Of a DNA stretch of 64,000 bases, positions 46,169-57,094 are shown in pieces. Origin of the DNA: an uncultured delta proteobacterium (GTDB lineage: Bacteria; Myxococcota_A; Polyangia; Polyangiales; Polyangiaceae). The stretch is from NCBI GenBank assembly GCA_963850305.1, contig CAWKKR010000005.1:224001-288000 (forward strand), in the 5' to 3' direction. A model generated the notes under the pieces. The model was not told where the DNA came from. It did no database searches and worked only from the letters and a program-made list of their open reading frames with translations. Within the stretch, counting starts at the first letter, position 1, and every line of letters starts with the position of its first letter. The position numbers and the translations under genes are program-made.

Positions 46169-47076
46169 TCAGCCCCCCACTTCCTTCTGGAGAGACCGGA
46201 CAACGTCCCTCAGACCGCTTTCCATGTCGTGTTGCGGACGGAACCCCACGTCGTCGCGGAGTCGTCGGATGTCCGCCGCGAGAAAGGGCGGGTCCCCTTG
46301 GGGGGCGGGCACGGCGCCAATCCGAAGCAGCGGGCTCGCGGAGGTGAGCTCCCCGAGCAACTCCACGACGCGACGGAGTCGTACGGGCTCTCCCGATGCG
46401 ACATTGACGGCGCCGGATATCCGCGACTCGAGGAGCGCCACCATCGCGCCCGCAACGTCGTCGACGTGCATGAGGTCTCGCACCTGCTCTCCGTGCGACG
46501 TGGGGGCCTCCTTGCCGCCGAGCAGCGCGCGGACCACGGAGGCAACGAGCCGGCGTGGATCTTCGTCCGGTCCGTAGAGGTGGAAGATTCTCCCCCAGAC
46601 GACCTCGAGACCCGTGGTGGCGCCGTACGCCATGACGAATCCGCCGGGTGGCGTCCTTGCTCACGCCGTAGGGTGTCGCCGGGTTCAGCGGCGTCGTGTT
46701 CTCGCTGCACCACCCGTACGCCCAGTCGTATTCTGCGCAGCTGCCGGCGAACGCCGCTCGGCAGGCCCCCGGCTTCTCTGAAGCGACGGACGAGCTCTAG
46801 CGTGGCCGCGCTCCACGCGAGGTTCTGCGGCGAAGTCCAGAACGCGCCTGTCTCCGCGTACCAGGCCAGGTGCAGCAAATGGGTGGCTCGAACGCTCTCC
46901 ACGAGCGCGGCTTGGGCTGCGAAGTCCTGGAGATCGCAGCGGTGCCATGTCGCGCCTGCGACCGGCACCGTTCTCGTTGCTCCGACGGCATGAACCTCGA
47001 ATCCGCGCTCCACCAGGAGGGGCACGGTGCGACGTCCGATGAAGCCGGACGCTCCGGTGACGAGAACGCGGTTCAT
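46169..47076 (-). CDS. NAD-dependent epimerase/4-keto reductase; frameshifts near 46640 and 46760
   Basis: VLVTGASGFIG, LHLAWY, WGRIFHLYGP and VRDLMHVDD. Confidence 0.85.
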
Positions 47077-47610
47077 GCGAGGGCGACGAACGGCGGAAAG
47101 CCCAGGTCCCGCTCCGATACGACGGTCGGGCGCTCCGGCCATTGTATGGAAAATCCCGGATCGTCGTACCGATACCCTGCGGCGGCCTCAGCCACGAACG
47201 CGTTCCCCATCAGATAAAGGATCTCGGTCTCGGCCTCGAGGGTGACGAATCCGTGTGCGAACCCCTCCGGCACGTACAGCGCACGGTGCGTCCCTCCGTC
47301 CAACTCCGCACCAAACCACCTCGTGTATGTGGCCGAACCGGGGCGCACATCGACGATCACGTCGAATATCTTGCCGCGGGTGACCCGGATAACCTTGGTT
47401 TCGCCGTGTGGATCACGCTGATAGTGCAGCCCGCGCAGCGTTCCACGGCGATCGTTGGACGATATGTTCGCCTGGACGACTGCGAGGATTCAGCCCCATC
47501 CGGGCAAACTCCTCCACGCAAAAAGCCCGGGCAAAACCGCCTCGGTCGTCCTTCCGCCATTCGAGGTCGATCAAGAAGGCTCCCCGTAGCGGTGTCGGCG
47601 TGAAGATCAT
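47073..47610 (-). CDS. rfbC: dTDP-4-dehydrorhamnose 3,5-epimerase family; frameshifted
   Basis: MIFTPTPLRGAFLID...DDRGGFAR, LYVPEGFAHGF and RYDDP. Confidence 0.88.
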
Positions 47611-48856
47611 TTCACAATCTCGAATTCCGGGACCGCAAAGATGAAGTTGCCCCCCCAGGCCCGAACGTAATCGAGCTGAGACAGGAGCTCGTCCCTCAGA
47701 ATTCCAGGGGAGCACGAGCACGTAATCCGGTCGAGCCCGCTCAAGCGCGTCTGGAGCGAAGATGGGAATGTGCGTCCGGGAAGGAAGCGACCCTGCTTGT
47801 GCGGGCTCCGGTCCACGGTAAATTCGATGAAAATCTTCCCGGATCCCGCAATAGTTTAGCAGGGTGTTGCCCTTGGCGGGAGCGCCATACGCCGCAATTC
47901 GCTTCCCGGCTTCCCTGGCCTCGATGAGAAACCGCAGCAGATCTCGCTTCACCTTCTCGACGCGCTCGCGAAAGCTCTCGTAGACCTCGACCCCCGTGTA
48001 TCCGACTGCGCGCTCGTGATCCAAGAGAGCGCGGACCCGACCCGAGGTTTCCTTACTCCGATCCTCCTTCGTGCCGCACGAACACCCGCAGCGAGCCGCC
48101 GTGTGTCGAGAGGTCTTCGACGTCGAATGCCGTGAGCCCGGCCGTCGCGAAGGCCCGCTCTGCGGCAGAAATGAAAAGTAACTGTAGTGCTCGTGGTAGA
48201 TGGTATCGAATTGATTCCCTCCGACGAGCCGCTCGAGATGGGGAAACTCGAGACTGATCACTCCGCCGGGCGCCAGCAACGTCTTCATGCCCCCGAGGAA
48301 GCTCAGGAGAATCGGGCACGTGAGCGAGGACGTTGTTGCCGACGATGAGGTCCGCTCGCTTGCCGTCCGCCACTAGGGCGGACGCTGACTCCCGGCCGAA
48401 GAACTCGACGCGCGTCGGAATATGCCTCTGCTCGACGGCCACCTTCGCGACGTTCGCTGCTGGCTCGATGCCGAGGACCGGGATCCCCAGGGCGGCGAAG
48501 TATTGAAGCAGGTATCCGTCGTTGCTCGCAAGCTCCACGACGAGACTTGCGGAGTCGAGGCCGAAGCGTTCCGCTGCCATCTCAGCGAAGCGCTTCGCGT
48601 GCTCGAGCCAGGACACCGAGTACGAAGAGAAGTAGAGGTACTCGGAAGCGAAGATATGCTCCGGGCGCTCAGCCTCGGGCAACTGGACGAGCTTGCACTC
48701 ATCGCAGACGTACGTTCGAAGGGGGAGGAACGCCTCCATCGCGCACAGCTGGTCATCTCGCAGGTAAGAGTTCGATAGAGGGGACATCCCGAGGTCGACG
48801 AAGATGCGGGAGAGAGGGCTGTTGCACAGTCGGCACTTCAGGCCGGTGTCGGTCAT
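47607..48856 (-). CDS. NDP-hexose C-methyltransferase (zinc-binding N-terminus); several frameshifts
   Basis: CRLC...DLGMSPLSN, CDECKLVQ, ELASNDGYLL, NNVLAHVPD, FDTIYHEH, YGAPAKGNTLLNY and VLPWN. Confidence 0.9.
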
Positions 48857-48911
48857 GGTCCACCTCCGTGTTCGTTTGCGTCCCGGCGTGCGGCGGTCCT
48901 CAGGCGGCCGA

Positions 48912-49686
48912 TCACGCCCACGCCTTCCAGGGCGCCGCTCCGCTTGCCCAGAGAGCCTCGAGTTCGCGCATATCGCGAAGCGTGTCGACCGGATGCCAGA
49001 AGCCCGGGTGGTGGAACGCGGACAGCTGCCCCTCCCGCGCGAGCCGTTCCATCGGCTGCCGCTCCCACACGGTCGAGTCGCCTTCGATGTAGTCGAGCAC
49101 CTCGGGACGGAGGACGAAGAAGCCGCCGTTAATCCATCCACCGTCGCCTAGCGGCTTCTCGAGAAATCATCGCACCTTCGTGTCTTCCAGGTCCAGGGCG
49201 CCGAAGCGAGCCGGGGGTCTCGTCGCCGTCACGGTCGCGAGCGTCCCCTGTTCTCGTGCGAATCGCACGAGAGCGCGGATGTCCACGTTACTGACGCCGT
49301 CGCCGTAGGTCATGCAGAATGGCTCCGACGCCTCCAGGTATTGCCCGATGCGCTTCAGTCGGCCACCTGTCATGGTGACCTCGCCCGTGTCTACAAGGGT
49401 GACGCGCCAGGACTCCGACTTCGTAGCGTGGACCTCGATGCTATTTCGCTTCAGGTCGAATCGTGACGTCGGACGTATGAAGGAAGTAGTTGGCAAAGAA
49501 CTCCTTGATGACGTGCCCCTTGTACCCGAGGCAGACGATGAAGTCATCGAAGCCATGGGCCGCATAGCCGTTCATGATGTGCCACAGTAGGGGCTTTCCA
49601 CCAATCTCGACCATTGGCTTCGGACGCACCGCCGTTTCCTCGGCGAGCCGCGTTCCGAGCCCGCCTGCCAGTATCACGACTTTCAT
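48912..49686 (-). CDS. rfbF: Glucose-1-phosphate cytidylyltransferase; frameshifts near 49460 and 49165
   Basis: [40 protein letters not shown] and [10 protein letters not shown]. Confidence 0.92.
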
Positions 49687-49801
49687 GGCACTCCGCTCGA
49701 ATGGCCCGGTACCAGAATTTCCCCCCGGCAAGCCAGTGTCCGAACGGCGCAGGCAGCTGCGGCGGAGCAGGACCTTTGCTGGTTCATTCCGCCCGTTTAC
49801 T

Positions 49802-50290
49802 TCAAACCCCCGCCGCCGCGCCTAGCCGCAGCCCGCCGCCGACCTGACATGCCACCCCGCCAAGACCCATCGACGCCGCCCCGGCCTCGAGCGTCTGAAC
49901 GACGCGGTGGCCCTCTTCGGCGTCGGTCATGACGGAATATGCCGTCGAGGATCGCGTCCACGAAGTGCTCGGCTTCGCACGCGAGCGGCTCCCTTCGCGA
50001 GGTCTCGATGGCCTCTTCGGAGCTCTCGAGCGACGGCGTTCGGAGCGAATCCCGCGGAGTAGGCCGAGCGTGCCATCTTCCACCAGTTCGCCACGCGGCT
50101 CAAGCCTTCGGCTCGTCCGATGGGAGGCGCGCCGCCGGTAAATGGGGACGGTGGGCTGCGGGAGCGACGCTTGAGCACGGAGCTGTGCTCGTTCGCTCGC
50201 GGCTCAGCGCCGGCACGTCGATGGGATGCCGGTTAAAGGGTCGCCGCGCCGATCGCATTCACGGGGAGCTGTACGCGCACTGGAAGCCGA
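49802..50290. pseudogene. Collapsed relic copy of the oxidoreductase/aminotransferase pair at 56.0-58.3 kb
   Basis: Successive segments match 56080-56250, 56581-56645 and 57678-57740 at the nucleotide level. Confidence 0.85.
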
Positions 50291-50490
50291 TGCCCGGGGA
50301 GAACTCCCGCTCCAAGTAGCCCGCGTCCCGCATCGACGTGCGCGCGTACGCAAAGTTCGCGGCGGACGCCACTCCGACGGTATAGACCCCCGGTTTACGT
50401 CCATCAAGCACCGATTCTGTGGTTCAAGAGAAGCCGGACCTGTAACCAAGGGTCCCGGTCTATTCCGTCACCCAGGCACCCGGTCGCTCA

Positions 50491-50848
50491 CGGGATCATG
50501 CACACTCCCGCCGGGATCACGCGTCCTCCCGTCGGGATCACGCGTCCTCCCGTCGGGATCACGCGTCCTCCGCCCCGGATCACGCGTCCTCCCGCCAGGA
50601 TCACGCGTCCTCCCAGCCGGGATCACCGACACTCCCGTCGGGATCACCGACACTCCCGCCGGGATCACCGACACTCCCGCCGGGATCACGCGTCCTCCCG
50701 CCGGGATCACGCGTCCTCCCGTCGGGATCACGCGTCCTCCCGTCGGGATCACGCGTCCTCCCGTCGGGATCACGCGTCCTCCCGTCGGGATCACGCGACA
50801 AACCCAGCGGGAGGACCGACGATCCCGTCGGGATCGTCGGTTACCCTG
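50491..50848. repeat. 21-bp palindromic tandem repeat array (about 15 units plus degenerate units)
   Basis: Units cgggatcacgcgtcctcccg(t/c) and the variant cgggatcaccgacactcccg(t/c), at 50491, 50512, 50533 and so on to 50786. Confidence 0.97.
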
Positions 50849-51316
50849 GTGAGGTCGCTGCCGATGCCGGGAGAACCGGCGCCCGTGCCGCCGCGCCGGT
50901 CGATGATCCCGCGCGGCAACGGCGCTGATCTCCGCGGGATCGTCGGTCATCGCGGCGAGATCGGCGTCGACCTCGCGCGGGATGGCGCTGGCCCCGGCGG
51001 TCGAAGGCACCCTGTCGACGAGGTCGCGAGCAAGCGCGGCGTGCGAGGCAGGTAACGCGCGCAGCGATCGGTCCACCCTGCATCGCGATCGATCGTGACC
51101 TCGTCGCAGTGCGCAGGCTGCTTCGCGACCGCGTGGCCGACGCGTGAGAAGTGTCGTCGAAATGCGTCGGTGTGGGACGCCACTCACACTTGTCCGGCGG
51201 GCCCGGGAGCGCCGACAGCGATTGATCCGGAAGATTTGAAGTGGCTCCGGGTTTGCAATGGGGTGTGCGGCGCTCATTTCGAGCGTCGAACCACAAATAG
51301 AACAGGAATATGTGTC

Positions 51317-51892
51317 ATGGCCCAGAATCCAAGCAAAGTAGTTCTCATCAATATGGAGGAGAACCTGATCTCGGGACTCGCGAAGCTCGCGCCCGACGTG
51401 AGCTTGCCCGTGGCGGGCAAGCTCGTCACGAGCAAGGAGCTGCAAGCGCAGATTCAAGCTCACGTGGATACGATGAACTCGTCGAACGACGCGCGAGCGA
51501 AGTTCCTCGAGCTCGTCGGTCTCGACAAATCGCAGCGGGCCGGCATCAAGCCGATCCTCGATGCGGTCCGGAGCTACGCCGCTGGACTCTACGGAGAGAA
51601 CAGCGCGGAGTTCGCCTCCTTCGGCCTCAAGCCGAGGAAGGTGGCGCAGCGGACGCCCCTGTCGAAGGTGGAGGCAGCAGAGAAGCTGCGCGCAACCCGC
51701 GTGGCCCGTCACACGATGGGCAAGGTGCAGCGTTCGGCGATACACGGTGTGGTACCGACGAACGGACCCGTTCCGACGTCGCCCACGCCGGGCGCACCCG
51801 TCGTCTCGCCGCCGGTGACTCAAGCACCGATCGTCGTGACGCCCGTGAGCCCCGCACCGATCGTGAGTCCCACGCCACCCGCGACGCCCTGA
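51317..51892 (+). CDS. Hypothetical helical protein with basic C-terminal segment and Pro/Thr-rich tail
   Basis: Clean 191-aa ORF with an aggaa RBS; FGLKPRK...KLRATRVARHTMGK, then PTSPTPGAPVVSPP. Confidence 0.85.
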   Translation: MAQNPSKVVLINMEENLISGLAKLAPDVSLPVAGKLVTSKELQAQIQAHVDTMNSSNDARAKFLELVGLDKSQRAGIKPILDAVRSYAAGLYGENSAEFASFGLKPRKVAQRTPLSKVEAAEKLRATRVARHTMGKVQRSAIHGVVPTNGPVPTSPTPGAPVVSPPVTQAPIVVTPVSPAPIVSPTPPATP

Positions 51893-52115
51893 CGGAGGCG
51901 CGAACGGCGCACCGACGGCCAGCGTCGTCATGAACGGAGCGGCGCATTGAGAAGCGCGCGGAATGCCGCGGGGAGTCTCGAAGCAATGGCTCCCCGCGGC
52001 GATGGGGATCGTGGAGGTGACGGTGACGTGTGACGACCTCGTCGAGATCAAATGTGGGCGGACCTGAAGGCCATTTTGCCAAGCAGCGTCGACCCGGCGA
52101 TCGCGGTGCTTTCGT

Positions 52116-53099
52116 TCAGACCGCGTAAGTTGCGTGCCTGAAACGATCCTGATGAGCGCGGATCCATTCGACCGTCTGACGTAGGCCGTCCTCGAGAGTA
52201 ACCTTCGACCGCCATCCGAGGACGGAATGGGCGACGGCTGGGTCGCATACTAGTCGGTCGACTTCACTTCCGGGCGGGCGAACCCTCGCCTCGTCGGACT
52301 CCACCGCGAGCTGTTTCCCGACGAGGCGTTCGACCTGCTGGAGCAAGTCGCCCATGCTCACTTCGCGACCAGTTCCGACCTGGATCGTCTTGCCGACCGC
52401 CGCGTCCGCAATCGCGGCGCGCACGAACGCGTCTGCGGTGTCGGTTACGAAGTTGAAGTCCCGAGTTGGCGACAGATTTCCTAGGCGAACTTTGGCGCCG
52501 CGGAGGGCCTGGCTGATGATGGTCGGGATGACCGCGCGGGCGGATTGTCGCGGACCATACGTGTTGAAGGGCCTCAACGTTGCGACGGGAAGATCGAATG
52601 ACAGATAATAGCTTTCCGCGAGTTTGTCGGCCCCGATCTTGCTAGCCGAGTATGGGGATTGGCCCCTCAGCGGGTGCAGCTCCGTAATCGGCACGAACTG
52701 AGCCGTTCCGTAAACCTCGCTCGTCGAGGTATGAACGACCCGGCGAACGTTGCGACGACGCGCGGACTCCAAAACGTTGAGCGTACCTTCCACGTTGGTC
52801 CGAACGTAAGCCAGCGGCGTTCGGTACGAATAAGGGATGCCGATCAAAGCAGCGAGATGGAAGATGGTGTCGACGCCCTTGGTTGCCTCGTCGACGCTAT
52901 CTGCATCTCGGACGTCGCCCTGAAAAATCTCGACGTCGTCCCTGACGGGCGAAGCGTCGAGGAAGCCCGCGGAACCGGAGGAATTGTAGTGAACGAACGC
53001 GCGGGTTCGGGCTCCGAGTTTCGTCAGCTGTTCCGTGAGATGGCTTCCGATGAAGCCCGCGGCGCCGGTAATCAGAACGACACGCTTGTCCCAGTCCAT
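52116..53099 (-). CDS. NAD-dependent nucleotide-sugar 4,6-dehydratase (LegB-like SDR)
   Basis: ITGAAGFIGSHL, HLAALIGIPYSY, STSEVYG, QSPYSASK and RPFNTYGPRQSARAVIP. Confidence 0.9.
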   Translation of the reverse strand: MDWDKRVVLITGAAGFIGSHLTEQLTKLGARTRAFVHYNSSGSAGFLDASPVRDDVEIFQGDVRDADSVDEATKGVDTIFHLAALIGIPYSYRTPLAYVRTNVEGTLNVLESARRRNVRRVVHTSTSEVYGTAQFVPITELHPLRGQSPYSASKIGADKLAESYYLSFDLPVATLRPFNTYGPRQSARAVIPTIISQALRGAKVRLGNLSPTRDFNFVTDTADAFVRAAIADAAVGKTIQVGTGREVSMGDLLQQVERLVGKQLAVESDEARVRPPGSEVDRLVCDPAVAHSVLGWRSKVTLEDGLRQTVEWIRAHQDRFRHATYAV

Positions 53100-53152
53100 G
53101 CAAAACCCGTGAAAAGAGGATATCAGCCCGGTAACGATGCCGCCAACCAAAG

Positions 53153-54088
53153 TTACGTTGCGCGGGGAGATTCTTCGAGCGCTCTTCGTCGGGCGTCCGA
53201 AACGACGCGTCGAACCGTTGCATCGAACGGAATGAGCGCGCGTGGTTCGAGGAGTCGATCGATACGCTCGCGACTGGCTCGGAACTCGAGGACTTCGTTG
53301 GCGCGATGGATCGAAGGTTCGACGCGTACGTCGACGGACAGCCCGAATTCGCGAATCATCGCGTCGAGGGCGTCTCTCAAACGTACTCCACGCCCGGAGG
53401 AGACGTTGAAGACGCGGCCCACGGCGCCGGGATGGCAAGCGAGCTCGACGAGGTCGCGAACGACGTCGTCGACGTCGATGAAGTCGCGCACGCTTTCGAG
53501 TTGACCCACGGAGAGCACGGGGGTCGCGCGTGCTGCCTCGATCGACGCAAGTTGATTGGCGAAGTTTGCCAGCGCCAGGTGTCGGGGCATTCCCGGTCCG
53601 ATTACGTTCGAGGGTCGAGCAACGACGACGCGCCGTCCGAGTCGTCCCGCGGCCAAAGCGATGTCGCTCTGAGCGCGTTTCGAGATTCCGTAAGGTGTGA
53701 CGGGGTTTAGCGGCGTGTCTTCCGTCGCCGGGAGTGCTGTCGAATCCAGCGCGCCGTATTCCGCCGCGCTGCCGGCGACCACCACCGTCGGTTCGGGAAT
53801 TCCGGCGAGTGGAACGGCGTCCAGAAGCGAGGCCGCGACCAGAACGTTGTTGCGGACTAGCGTCGAGCAACTCGCTCCCGCGGTTGCCCCGTGCAAGTGG
53901 AAGATTACCGTCGGGCGTACGCGGGCCAGGACGGCGACGATGGAAGGTACGTCGGTTAGATCGATGACGTCGACGTCCGCGGCGGACGCCTTCGTGCTGA
54001 CGCGAGCCACCGTGTGGCCGTTAGCGCGAAGCGCGGCCACGAGACGACTCCCGCAGAACCCCGTCGATCCGGTGACGAGCGCGATCAT
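53153..54088 (-). CDS. NAD-dependent epimerase/reductase (Rmd-like)
   Basis: VTGSTGFCG, GSAAEYG, PYGISK and RDFIDVDD. Confidence 0.85.
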   Translation of the reverse strand: MIALVTGSTGFCGSRLVAALRANGHTVARVSTKASAADVDVIDLTDVPSIVAVLARVRPTVIFHLHGATAGASCSTLVRNNVLVAASLLDAVPLAGIPEPTVVVAGSAAEYGALDSTALPATEDTPLNPVTPYGISKRAQSDIALAAGRLGRRVVVARPSNVIGPGMPRHLALANFANQLASIEAARATPVLSVGQLESVRDFIDVDDVVRDLVELACHPGAVGRVFNVSSGRGVRLRDALDAMIREFGLSVDVRVEPSIHRANEVLEFRASRERIDRLLEPRALIPFDATVRRVVSDARRRALEESPRAT

Positions 54089-54828
54089 CGCTCCGAGGGC
54101 AATGGAGGTAAGAACTCGCCGCGTCGCGCGTCGAAAATTTCCTGCGCCTGCTGGTAATCGTCAAGCCGCCCGATGTCGAGCCAAAAGCATTCACTCCGGA
54201 AGCCGCGAACGACGTGCCCGTCCTTGGCGAGACGCATCATGAGATCCGGCATGTCGAGGTACTCGTGCTCGGTGACGTACTGCTTCACGATGTCCCTGTG
54301 CAGGCAATTTACTCCCATGCTGACGTCGAAGCGATAAACTGGTTTTTCGCGGTATTCGATCAACCTGCTCGCTTCGTCGGTCTCGACGACGCCGAAGTCC
54401 ACCTTAACTTCACGCCGGTAGAGACCAATGGTCGCCGCTGCCCCCGACGAGCGATGCGCAGCGAGCATCCCTCCGTAGTCGAGGGTCGTCAAAAGATCCC
54501 CGTTCGTCACCAGAAAATCTTCGCCCAAGCGATCGATGACCGAAGCTACGGCACCCGCGGTTCCGAGCGGGCGCTCCTCGAAGGAGTAAGAAATGTGCAA
54601 ACCGATCCGCGCGCCGTCTCCGAAGAACGCCTGGAACAACTGCCCCATGTAGCCGACGGCGAGAACCGCCTCTTCGACGCCGGCCTTCTGCAACTGGCGG
54701 AGCAGGATTTCCAGAATCGGGTAGTCGCCAACCGGCATCAGCGGCTTCGGTATCACCGTCGTGTAGGGACGCAGCCGGGTTCCCTTTCCGCCGCAGAGCA
54801 CGAGCGCTTTCGAAACGGGTCCGTTCAT
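54085..54828 (-). CDS. Sugar-phosphate nucleotidyltransferase
   Basis: LCGGKGTRLRPYT, PKPLMPVG, PLGTAG, NGDLL and WLDIG. Confidence 0.92.
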   Translation of the reverse strand: MNGPVSKALVLCGGKGTRLRPYTTVIPKPLMPVGDYPILEILLRQLQKAGVEEAVLAVGYMGQLFQAFFGDGARIGLHISYSFEERPLGTAGAVASVIDRLGEDFLVTNGDLLTTLDYGGMLAAHRSSGAAATIGLYRREVKVDFGVVETDEASRLIEYREKPVYRFDVSMGVNCLHRDIVKQYVTEHEYLDMPDLMMRLAKDGHVVRGFRSECFWLDIGRLDDYQQAQEIFDARRGEFLPPLPSER

Positions 54829-55953
54829 CTGCCCCCAGCGTAGACCCGTTCGTAAAGTCGCTCCAGGGCCGATACATAAGCTTTTGGTGAAAATCGAAGC
54901 GACGCCCTTTCGCGTGCGGCACGACCGAGCTCCGCGCGACCCCGGGGCGATAGGTCGCTCATCGTTTTGATGGCCCGTGCCCAAGCATCCACGTCGGTTG
55001 GGGGGACGAGCCAAGACGGGTCGAGTCCGTTCAAGACTTCCTCGTTGCCGGGGATGCGCGAAGCGATCACGGGTACACCCATCGCCATTGCCTCGACGAG
55101 CGACAGGCTGCACCCCTCCGAGTGGGAAGGAAGGGCGTAAGCGTCTGCCTCGCGGAGTTCCGAAAGAAGATTCGGGAACGAAACCAGCGACTCTAACCCG
55201 GTCCGCGAGGTGTGCCATCGCGACACGGCGTTCGATATCTGCGCGCAGGGGACCATCGCCCAAAAGGAGCAGCTCGACGTCCACTCCACCCAGGGCCAAT
55301 CGCGCCACCGCGTCGACCAAGATGCCCTTGTTTTTGACATCCACGAGGCGCCCCACGCTGATCAGTCGGAACCGTTCACCCCGTAGTGCATAGCTTTCCT
55401 TGGGCCGTTCGAAAAACTCCGTGGACGCGCAGCTGTTCACGACGAAAACCGAATCGGCGGAGGCGAATTCTCGGTGAACCAGGTAATCGCGCAGGGCGGT
55501 CGAGACGGCCACATGTGCGTCGACGCGTCGGTGCAGCACGCTGAACACGAGCCGTCGAGACAGCGTTCGATCGGGCATCCCGCCTTCGTCGACGATGATG
55601 CGTCGAGCGCCCGCGATGCGGCCGATCAGAGCCGCGTGGAAGTCCGCCTCTGGCACGCTCGCGTGCAAAATGTCGGGCTTGTGGAGCCCTAGGTAGCGCG
55701 CGAGCTCCATCGATGCCTTGGGGTTGCGAATCGCCGGTGAAGTATGGAGGACGTCGACGGCGACGCCCGTTGCACGCACGGCTTCCGCCCCTCTCCCGTC
55801 ACTCCAAAATGTGCAAACGCGCAGTTCGAAGCGCTTGCGATCGTGCAGCGCCGCCTGGACGACCAGGGACGTCTCTATACCGCCGAAGTCGAGGACGGGG
55901 ACCAAGCGAAGAACGCGCCGGCGGTTCGTCGCGGTAGTGCGTTGACTCGACAC
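54825..55953 (-). CDS. Glycosyltransferase family 4; frameshift near 55175
   Basis: DFGGIE, VGRLVDVKN, GDGPLR and PSHSEGCSLSLVEAMAMGVP. Confidence 0.88.
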
Positions 55954-56047
55954 TTACCTGCCGTCTGCCGTGAACGCTCGAGATCGTCAAGAGGGAATGC
56001 GTGTCTTCGGGTCGACGGGCATTGTCCCTTCTTCCGACGCGCATCCC

Positions 56048-57094
56048 TCACGCGCCCGCCACCACCGCCGCGTCCCCCTGCACTCCCGCTCCGATCTGAC
56101 AGGCCGCCCCGCCAAGGGCCATCGACGCCGAGCCAGCCTCGAGCGTCTGCACGACGCGGTGCCCTTCGTGGGCGTCGGTCGTGAGGGGCCTTCCATCGAG
56201 GATCGCGCGCACGAAATGCTCGGCTTCGCAGGCGAGGGGTTCTCGTGCTGGCGTCGCGACGGACTCGGCCGCACTGGCGAGCGAGGGGGCACCGCGGAAG
56301 ACGGTCAGCTTCGCTCCGGAGCCGGAATCTTCGAGCACGGCCGTGCCTCGTGTTCCGGTGAGCTCGGTGCGTCGGGAGCGTTCCCCATCGGAACAGGACG
56401 CGACGATGATGGCCGAGCGACCCTCGGAGTAGGCGAGACGGGCTTCGATCCGCTCCGAGGCTCGTGAACCGTACGAACGGGCGGAGACGGTCCGTGCATC
56501 TTCGCGCAGGAGCCATCGCGCGACGCTCACGTCGTGCGGGGACACGGACCACCAGAGCCCCTCGGCACACTCCGGCGGCGGACCGCGGCGTTCGGAGCGA
56601 ATCGCCCGAAGCACACCGAGTTCGCCGTCTTCTACCAGTTCACCCAGAGCGAGAACCGCAGGGTGATGCCGGAGCACGTGACCGACCATGAGCCTTCGGC
56701 GGCGCTGTCGCGCGATGCCGACGAGCGTCGCGGAATCGGCAGAGGCGAGCGTCATGGGCTTTTCCACGAACACGTGCTTGTCGAGCTCGAGGCACGTGGC
56801 GGCGAGTTGAAAGTGGCTGGGGGACGGGGTTGCGATGACGACGGCGTCGACGACGGTCTCGTTGATTGCGCGGAACACGCTCGGGTAGCAGCGCGCGGTC
56901 GGGTGCGCCGCGTAGTCCGCGAGGCGCGCGGGGTCGGGATCGCAAATGGCCACGACGCGGCACCGCTCGGCGGCGCCGAAGACCCGGATGAGGTTCTTGC
57001 CCCAGCGCCCGGCTCCAACCACGGCCACGTTGAGCGGACCTTCGATCAGGGCGCGGGCGGTCACGGTTTCTCGAGCGCACTCTTCGTTGTCCAC
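56048..57094 (-). CDS. Gfo/Idh/MocA oxidoreductase (WbpB-like)
   Basis: VVGAGRWGKNLIR, VIATP, HVFVEKPM and LMVGH. Confidence 0.9.
   Translation of the reverse strand: MDNEECARETVTARALIEGPLNVAVVGAGRWGKNLIRVFGAAERCRVVAICDPDPARLADYAAHPTARCYPSVFRAINETVVDAVVIATPSPSHFQLAATCLELDKHVFVEKPMTLASADSATLVGIARQRRRRLMVGHVLRHHPAVLALGELVEDGELGVLRAIRSERRGPPPECAEGLWWSVSPHDVSVARWLLREDARTVSARSYGSRASERIEARLAYSEGRSAIIVASCSDGERSRRTELTGTRGTAVLEDSGSGAKLTVFRGAPSLASAAESVATPAREPLACEAEHFVRAILDGRPLTTDAHEGHRVVQTLEAGSASMALGGAACQIGAGVQGDAAVVAGA

Noticed and set aside
50491..50848. CRISPR array
   Set aside because: Units are contiguous 21-mers with only two recurring core variants, no unique spacers, and no cas genes in the window.
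50468..52051. 527-aa minus-strand ORF with RVIPTGG repeats
   Set aside because: It is antisense to the convincing 51317-51892 gene and is kept open by GC bias and the stop-free repeat.
51963..52067. 34-aa ORF MPRGVSKQW...CGRT
   Set aside because: Too short, with no recognisable motif.
54085..55953. GT4-nucleotidyltransferase fusion
   Set aside because: The GT C-terminus is in another frame, ending at 54825 and overlapping the next ATG.
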